From: a virus
Strand: one strand, 5' to 3'
Length of the DNA stretch: 43,793 bases
IMG/VR virus record: IMGVR_UViG_3300039918_000006
Span: 1-43,793 of that record
A model generated the notes under the pieces. It was not told the DNA's origin. It made no database searches and was given only the letters and a program-made list of their open reading frames with translations. This document shows, piece by piece, positions 22,511-27,862 of the stretch (position 1 is its first letter; each line of letters begins with the position of its first letter). The position numbers and the translations under genes are program-made.

Positions 22511-22937
22511 CGCAGATTAGTCTGCTTGATGTAGAATGTGCTTGTTGGCGTGGAAACCGACGAACAGTAGTGACCTAAGCCTCTTAGGTTTGAGCCCGCA
22601 AGATTACGAAATGGAATAGAGCCCATTTCCTAAGATTGTTTCCACCGGGTTCAAACCTAAGGGGCTTTTTGCTTTTCTAGACCACGCCAGCCGTACTCCA
22701 GACGATACCAAGCGCAAACCTCGGCGGCGTGGAAGAACAGAGTAGCGGTAGAGCTTAGGCTCAAGGTGCAATTCCTACAATCCGCTGGCTGGCGTAAATC
22801 CTGCGGCCAAGGGCGTAACGGCTAGACCGTTAGCTGGCAGGAATCCCGTAAGGGGGCGGCGTCCAAACCTTCCTGCCTCATAGTCTCCGGGGTTAGGGGG
22901 CGTTTGGGCGGAATTATCTTAACTAAAGGGGAAGAGG
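22507..22937 (+). ncRNA. Structured non-coding element R (candidate riboregulator / sRNA / ssDNA signal), paralog of element L
   Basis: No credible ORF. TTGACG (22507-22512), 19-nt spacer, TAGAAT (22532-22537). A 19-bp hairpin plus U-tract, a pseudoknot-capable leader, and a G+C-rich hairpin-dense 3' part reaching the next RBS. Confidence 0.5.
22579..22676 (+). terminator. Long hairpin with U-tract inside element R
   Basis: 22579-22597 pairs with 22647-22665 (17 Watson-Crick + 2 G-U). The loop is 49 nt and is followed by TTTTTGCTTTT. Confidence 0.5.
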
Positions 22938-23282
22938 ATGAAAAAAGGCGTGCTAATGGGTTACCGCCTTGAGTGGAAACCCGGAGATTACATCTACGAA
23001 TCTCCAGAGCACTACGCTAAAGACATATGCAAAGCAAGTGCTAGAACTTGGGGGTTATACACCGAGCCTCAAGAGGGATGCGATCAGGCCATAGAGGTCT
23101 ACTACGGAAGACATTGGGTTCAGCCTAAGAATGTTCACGGAAAGTGCCTAGATGGATTCACAGCACTGTATCTCGGTCCGATCTTGCATCAGCCGCCAAT
23201 CGATGAAGATATCATCTTCGCTTTCCCGAGCATTGTGGAAGATTTACTTAGGACTTCCAAGCCTGAACTATTTAAGGAGTAG
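22938..23282 (+). CDS. Hypothetical protein (114 aa)
   Basis: AAGGGGAAGAGG RBS, immediately downstream of element R. Confidence 0.65.
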   Translation: MKKGVLMGYRLEWKPGDYIYESPEHYAKDICKASARTWGLYTEPQEGCDQAIEVYYGRHWVQPKNVHGKCLDGFTALYLGPILHQPPIDEDIIFAFPSIVEDLLRTSKPELFKE

Positions 23283-23283
23283 C

Positions 23284-23472
23284 ATGGATCAATCCATCCG
23301 CAAAAGAAAGGTTCCTCTACAGGAGCCTGACCACGCACGAATCCTCGCCAACTTCAAGAAAGCAACAGAGAAGTGGAGCGGCAAGACGTTCTCGAACTTC
23401 GCTACGATTGATGAATGGCGTGTGCATCGTGAGCAGGTTGCCAAGGCCCGGGCTGAAGGCGCACCGTTCTAA
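23284..23472 (+). CDS. Small hypothetical protein (62 aa)
   Basis: Internal ATG at 23284, preceded by GGAG, 2 nt after the previous stop. Confidence 0.5.
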   Translation: MDQSIRKRKVPLQEPDHARILANFKKATEKWSGKTFSNFATIDEWRVHREQVAKARAEGAPF

Positions 23473-23495
23473 CTACAGACAACAGGGAGAAGATA

Positions 23496-24086
23496 ATGGA
23501 ACAGATTAGCAAAATCGCGCCGGCATTCATCGCGGCCAAGAAAGCCTTCGGGCCGGCGCTGAAGGCCAAGAACAATCCGGCCTTCAAGGGTAGCAAGTAC
23601 GCAGACCTCGCAGCTTGCCTGGAAGCTGTAGATGATGCGTTGCTTGAGCATGGCATTGCGCTCTACCAGGAAACCTCGCTTGACGACACTGGTGTGACTA
23701 TCGAAACATGCTTCTTGCATGAGTCTGGCGAATTGATCCGTGGCGGCAAGCTCCATGTGCCCGCATCTAAGCAAGACCCACAAGGCTATGGCTCCGCGCT
23801 CAGTTATGCCAGGCGATATTCGCTGATGGCGGCGTGCGGTATCGCTGCTGAAGATGATGACGGTAATGCCGCATGCAGGCCTTCTGCACCTCGCCTAAGC
23901 AAACCAGCGCCAGTTGATATCGAACCCTGGATCGCTAAGATGCTTGCCGCCACCAGCTCCAAAGAGCTTAACAAGGTAGCGCAGGAAGCATGGGACGCAA
24001 CCCAAGACGAGCGCATCACTACCGAACACTCGCGCATCCTGGCCGAGCGCAAAGCAGCAGCTAAACAACTCGCGGAGCAAGCATGA
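23496..24086 (+). CDS. erf: ERF-family single-strand annealing protein
   Basis: 196 aa. KYADLAACLEAVDDAL...GYGSALSYARRYSLMAACGIAAEDDDGN matches the conserved ERF core (GS..TY.RRY.L....GI..DDD). Confidence 0.8.
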   Translation: MEQISKIAPAFIAAKKAFGPALKAKNNPAFKGSKYADLAACLEAVDDALLEHGIALYQETSLDDTGVTIETCFLHESGELIRGGKLHVPASKQDPQGYGSALSYARRYSLMAACGIAAEDDDGNAACRPSAPRLSKPAPVDIEPWIAKMLAATSSKELNKVAQEAWDATQDERITTEHSRILAERKAAAKQLAEQA

Positions 24087-24325
24087 CATACCTTAATCGT
24101 GAAGAAGTCGAAATCCTCCGCTCTTGTCTTGGGCTAGACCATTTCAGGCGAGAGAACCCGTCGAAGAACTTCCTGAACGTTGTCACGCCAAAGCAGATGC
24201 CAGTTGTTGAAGGCTTGATCGAGCGTGGCTATATGGTCACGCAGAAGATTTCAGGTATGACAGAAACGACCCACTACAAGGCTACTGATGCTGGCCGCGT
24301 TGCCGTGCTGGATCAGCCCTGGTAG
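24083..24325 (+). CDS. Hypothetical protein (80 aa)
   Basis: ATGA-coupled to erf and followed by a terminator. Confidence 0.6.
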   Translation: MTYLNREEVEILRSCLGLDHFRRENPSKNFLNVVTPKQMPVVEGLIERGYMVTQKISGMTETTHYKATDAGRVAVLDQPW

Positions 24326-24364
24326 TTGCACGAATGCGAGCCGAGGCAATCGGCTTGTGACACG

Positions 24365-24390
24365 AAGCCGCCTAGTGCGGCTTTTATTTT
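24365..24390 (+). terminator. Rho-independent terminator
   Basis: AAGCCGC (24365-24371), loop CTAGT, GCGGCTT (24377-24383), followed by TTATTTT. Confidence 0.75.
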
Positions 24391-24428
24391 GCGATAGTGG
24401 TAGCCATATCGGTAAAATAGTGGTAACC
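24389..24428 (+). promoter_or_regulatory. Promoter with two 12-nt direct repeats (operator candidates)
   Basis: TTGCGA (24389-24394), 18-nt spacer, TAAAAT (24413-24418). ATAGTGGTAGCC (24394-24405) and ATAGTGGTAACC (24417-24428) are 23 nt apart and overlap the -35 and -10 hexamers. Confidence 0.5.
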
Positions 24429-24456
24429 TGTATTCGCTTTCAACGAAAGGGAAATC

Positions 24457-24636
24457 ATGGCTCGACCAGTGCTGAAGAAAACCGAGAAGGCGCTTGCCTT
24501 ACTCGATAAGCCGCATCCGAAATATCCAAACCGTAACTTCACTGTGTTCGAAGCAGCAGCAAAGTACGGTGTCGGATTGACGACGATGTATCGCCACATT
24601 AACAAGAGCAAACAGCAGGGAGAAAAGAATGACTGA
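24457..24636 (+). CDS. Small HTH DNA-binding protein (59 aa)
   Basis: Translation: MARPVLKKTEKALALLDKPHPKYPNRNFTVFEAAAKYGVGLTTMYRHINKSKQQGEKND. AAKYGVGLTTMYRH is a resolvase/psq-type HTH. Below the ORF-track cut-off. Confidence 0.6.
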   Translation: MARPVLKKTEKALALLDKPHPKYPNRNFTVFEAAAKYGVGLTTMYRHINKSKQQGEKND

Positions 24637-25672
24637 CAACACCAATACTGCCGCTACCTCGGGCGATGCCCCGGACCTGCAACAGCTCAAGGCGCTGGCA
24701 CTGGCGGCAACGCCGGGACCGTGGGTTGCTGGCGAACCGATTCCTGGCGCACCGCGCTTCCTCGTGGCCGATTGCGGCCCGGTGGGGAAGGTCTATCCGG
24801 CAGATCAAAAGCCGTCGCACGGCACAACCAGCATGGACGACGCCAAGTTTATCGCCGCTGCCTCGCCTGCCGTTGTTCTCGGCCTGATTGCCCGCATCGA
24901 GAGCGCCGCAGCTCCTGCACCGCAGTTCCGCAAGCTGACAAGCGAGCTTTCGCTGAACGAGTTAGCGCGCGAGTTCTTCGCAGTCTCCGCACTCGGCGGC
25001 GATGTCACGCTGTCGTCGGGGGCCTGCCTCAAGCTTTACGAAGCCATGACCACGCCACCAGCCGCAGCTCCTGCTACCGCATCGGGCGATGAGCTGCCGC
25101 CGCTGCCTGAGCCAGTATCTGCCGCCACCAAGCCGACCGCCGACCTGGGCGGCTTGCAGCGTTATGGCGAAGTTGCCGAGGCGGATGGCAGTGGCGAGTA
25201 CGTGACCAAGGCGGCAGATGGCGAGTTCGTCAAATTTTGCGACGTTCAATCCCTTCTCGCCACCAAGCCAGCAGCAGCGCCGGTAGTGCCGGAGGGGTTC
25301 TTGGTCGTGCCCAAGGTGCCGACGCGCAGCATGATTGCCAAGACGATCGATGCCGTGTTCGATGGCGCAATCGAGGATGCCAGCGTGATCGAAGAAGTCT
25401 ACGCAGCCATGATCGCCGCCACTCCTGCCGCCTCCACTACTGGAGCGGCACAGACTGCCGAACAGGTGCGGAATCAGGCGCTGGAACAGGCGGCGAAGGT
25501 TTGTGACGGCGTGCATAAAGAGTACGTGCATCACGCACGCAGGCGCGGGGAAACCGATGAGGAATTCTACGATGCCTACATGAACAAATCTCTGGCGTCT
25601 TCGGAATGCGCAGCCGCTATCCGCGCCCTCAAGCGCCCCACCCCTACCCATAGCTCGGAGGCAGGCGAATGA
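24629..25672 (+). CDS. Ead/Ea22-like protein
   Basis: 347 aa. The N-terminal LKALALAATPGPW...AKFIAAASPAVVLGLIARIE is the Ea22-like signature, and the remainder is Ala/Pro-rich. Confidence 0.6.
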   Translation: MTDNTNTAATSGDAPDLQQLKALALAATPGPWVAGEPIPGAPRFLVADCGPVGKVYPADQKPSHGTTSMDDAKFIAAASPAVVLGLIARIESAAAPAPQFRKLTSELSLNELAREFFAVSALGGDVTLSSGACLKLYEAMTTPPAAAPATASGDELPPLPEPVSAATKPTADLGGLQRYGEVAEADGSGEYVTKAADGEFVKFCDVQSLLATKPAAAPVVPEGFLVVPKVPTRSMIAKTIDAVFDGAIEDASVIEEVYAAMIAATPAASTTGAAQTAEQVRNQALEQAAKVCDGVHKEYVHHARRRGETDEEFYDAYMNKSLASSECAAAIRALKRPTPTHSSEAGE

Positions 25673-25872
25673 AGATCATAAAACAAGGTATTGCACCCGA
25701 AAGCGTACCGCTGCATGGCCGGTGCAACCACTGCCGAACCGAAATCGAGTTCTTGCCGATGGAGGCGAAGTACAACAGCGATCAACGCGACGGTGATTTC
25801 TACTCAATCGAATGCCCGACATGCCGCCGCACGATCACGGCAGCGGTGCGCGGCTACAACGGACCCGGATAA
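25669..25872 (+). CDS. Small zinc-ribbon protein
   Basis: 67 aa with CNHC...CPTC pairs, ATGA-coupled. Confidence 0.6.
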   Translation: MKIIKQGIAPESVPLHGRCNHCRTEIEFLPMEAKYNSDQRDGDFYSIECPTCRRTITAAVRGYNGPG

Positions 25873-25883
25873 GGACTGACCCC

Positions 25884-26558
25884 ATGACCACTACTACCCC
25901 CACCACGGCACTGGCCGACCTGGACCTGGACCTTGATGAGCTTCGGGCGTTGTGCGATGCAGTGAAGCGCCCATGGTACGGCACGCTCCAAATCGCCGAC
26001 GGCGTGACCGATGACGACGCCGTTGCGTTCATCGAGGCATTCAGTCCGGACACCGTGTCCGACCTGATCGCCCTTGCCCGTCGCGCAGCCCAGCCTGCCG
26101 AGGGCGCAGCACCTGTAGAGCAATTCGCCAGCGACTTAGCCGCGCGTCAAGTTGAGTTACCTGCTGATTTCGCTAACGTGCTCGCCAATATGCCGTACGA
26201 AGAAGAGCCTGCCGAGGGCGCAGGGCAAGCCGGTCAGTATGCGATCACGCAGGTTCGTTCGGTATGGGTGAAACCAGGCGAGACCCTGGCGACGGGCTGG
26301 CACGATGTCGAAGCCAACTCGAAAGAGGTTGAGCACGCACACCAACACCCTGACGCCTACGAGGTGCGCACGCTCTACACCGCCCCTACCGAGCGCGCAG
26401 CGGCACCGGCAGACCCGCTGGATCAAAAACTTCCATGCGCCATCAGCATCGGTAATGTCGAACTGACCACGAATGACAGGCTGGGCACGCTGGTGAAGAT
26501 CGCTCAGCAGCTCGACCGCGCCACTCAACAGCCCAGCGCACAGAAAGGCGGTGCGTAA
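25884..26558 (+). CDS. Ead/Ea22-like protein (paralog)
   Basis: Internal ATG at 25884 after [20 protein letters not shown]...[21 protein letters not shown] parallels the N-domain of the 24629 gene. Confidence 0.55.
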   Translation: MTTTTPTTALADLDLDLDELRALCDAVKRPWYGTLQIADGVTDDDAVAFIEAFSPDTVSDLIALARRAAQPAEGAAPVEQFASDLAARQVELPADFANVLANMPYEEEPAEGAGQAGQYAITQVRSVWVKPGETLATGWHDVEANSKEVEHAHQHPDAYEVRTLYTAPTERAAAPADPLDQKLPCAISIGNVELTTNDRLGTLVKIAQQLDRATQQPSAQKGGA

Positions 26559-26983
26559 TGGCCTACATCGACTGGAACAACCGAAAGGATTTTTCCGAAC
26601 TGCTCGGCAAAACCCTGACCGCTATAGCGGTCAATGACGCGCAGGACGAAATCCGCTTCACCACTTCCGGCGGCATGGTCTACCTGATGTATCACGACCA
26701 ATACTGCTGCGAGAGCGTAGGTATCGAAAGCATCGTCGGAGAACTGCAAGACCTGATCGGTTCGCCGATTCTGCGCGCGGAGGAGGCGACCAGCGATAAG
26801 CGACCAGCAGAATTGCCCCCACTTGAGTGGCCTGACGAAAGTGAAACGTGGACGTTTTACAAGCTGGCGACCGTCAAGGGCTACGTCGACATTCGCTGGC
26901 ACGGCTCCAGCAACGGCTACTACAGCGAAAGCGTCGATTTTGGGATCGAGGCTGATGGTCAGAATAGCGAGTTAGGAGATTGA
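26558..26983 (+). CDS. Hypothetical phage protein (141 aa)
   Basis: The conserved-looking core [30 protein letters not shown] recurs in phage early regions. Function unknown. Confidence 0.65.
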   Translation: MAYIDWNNRKDFSELLGKTLTAIAVNDAQDEIRFTTSGGMVYLMYHDQYCCESVGIESIVGELQDLIGSPILRAEEATSDKRPAELPPLEWPDESETWTFYKLATVKGYVDIRWHGSSNGYYSESVDFGIEADGQNSELGD

Positions 26984-27159
26984 CCCACATCGCCCTGTGG
27001 CTGCTGGCGGCGCTGACCTTCGTGGCCGGCCCCGCCACCTACACCACGCTGAACCCGCCCACCACGCAGTGCCCACCCGAGTGCGCCCGTTGCGGACACG
27101 CCAAGGGACCGAGCAATACGCCGTGGTGCACACTGAAGAATATGGAAGGAATGAAATGA
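26980..27159 (+). CDS. Possible small signal/TM + Cys-rich peptide (59 aa, TTG start)
   Basis: Open frame with strong GC3 bias: (M)[62 protein letters not shown] overlap with the next gene. The start codon and RBS spacing are poor. Confidence 0.3.
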   Translation: MTHIALWLLAALTFVAGPATYTTLNPPTTQCPPECARCGHAKGPSNTPWCTLKNMEGMK

Positions 27160-27827
27160 AAGACATCACCCACAATCCATGCGTCTACTCTGGCGCCACC
27201 CCTGAGCCAGCGACGTTGAGGATTAGCAATGTAGCGCGCTTCGATCCGCCGCCACCCGACATCATCTTCCATTCTGGCACACCCAACGAACTGCGCATTA
27301 CGCGCGAATGCATCATCTATCGCGGCCAGAAGGTAGAAGACGCCGGCGCTGTGCATCACGCGCTGCTTGAAATCATCACCGGTCGTCGGGATCTCCCCGC
27401 CCCTGTCGCCGCACGCGAGCTGGACGTAGAGGCCGAGCGCCTGCCGGTGCTGAAAATTAATATGGCTCAAGCAGGCGTTGGGGAGCGTGCACACGGCTAC
27501 GTCAACGGCTGGAACGACTGTGTGGATGAATTCGCCCGCAGCGCAGCCCAATCCACTGCACCAGTGAGCACCGATCAGGCCGGGGATGCGTTATTGCCTG
27601 AGCCGTCGCCGCTGTACTTCCAGGCGCTTGAACTGGTCCGTGATGCAGAGCGAGCTTCTGTCTCGATGGTGCAGCGCCGCCTGCGAATTGGCTGGGACGC
27701 CGCGCGAGACTTGATTGAGCTGATGCTGATGCGCAGCGAGATTCCCGAGGAGTGGGCACCGCAGTTTGCCAGTGTCGTTCGCGCCCCATCCCCTAACAAT
27801 TCGCCGGCAGGCCGGAAATCAGATTAA
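27156..27827 (+). CDS. Protein with C-terminal FtsK-gamma-like winged-helix domain
   Basis: ATG at 27156 after GGAAGGA. SPLYFQALELVRDAERASVSMVQRRLRIGWDAARDLIELM (nt 27609-27725) aligns with E. coli FtsK gamma [41 protein letters not shown]. Confidence 0.7.
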   Translation: MKDITHNPCVYSGATPEPATLRISNVARFDPPPPDIIFHSGTPNELRITRECIIYRGQKVEDAGAVHHALLEIITGRRDLPAPVAARELDVEAERLPVLKINMAQAGVGERAHGYVNGWNDCVDEFARSAAQSTAPVSTDQAGDALLPEPSPLYFQALELVRDAERASVSMVQRRLRIGWDAARDLIELMLMRSEIPEEWAPQFASVVRAPSPNNSPAGRKSD

Positions 27828-27862
27828 CCTGTAGTTTCAATTCCAACCAAGAGGGGTAGAGC

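Noticed and set aside
22645-22665. GGGTTCAAACC looks like a tRNA T-loop (GGTTCGAATCC).
   Set aside because: No 5-bp T-stem, D-arm, anticodon arm or acceptor stem can be drawn around it. It forms the 3' arm of the long hairpin instead.
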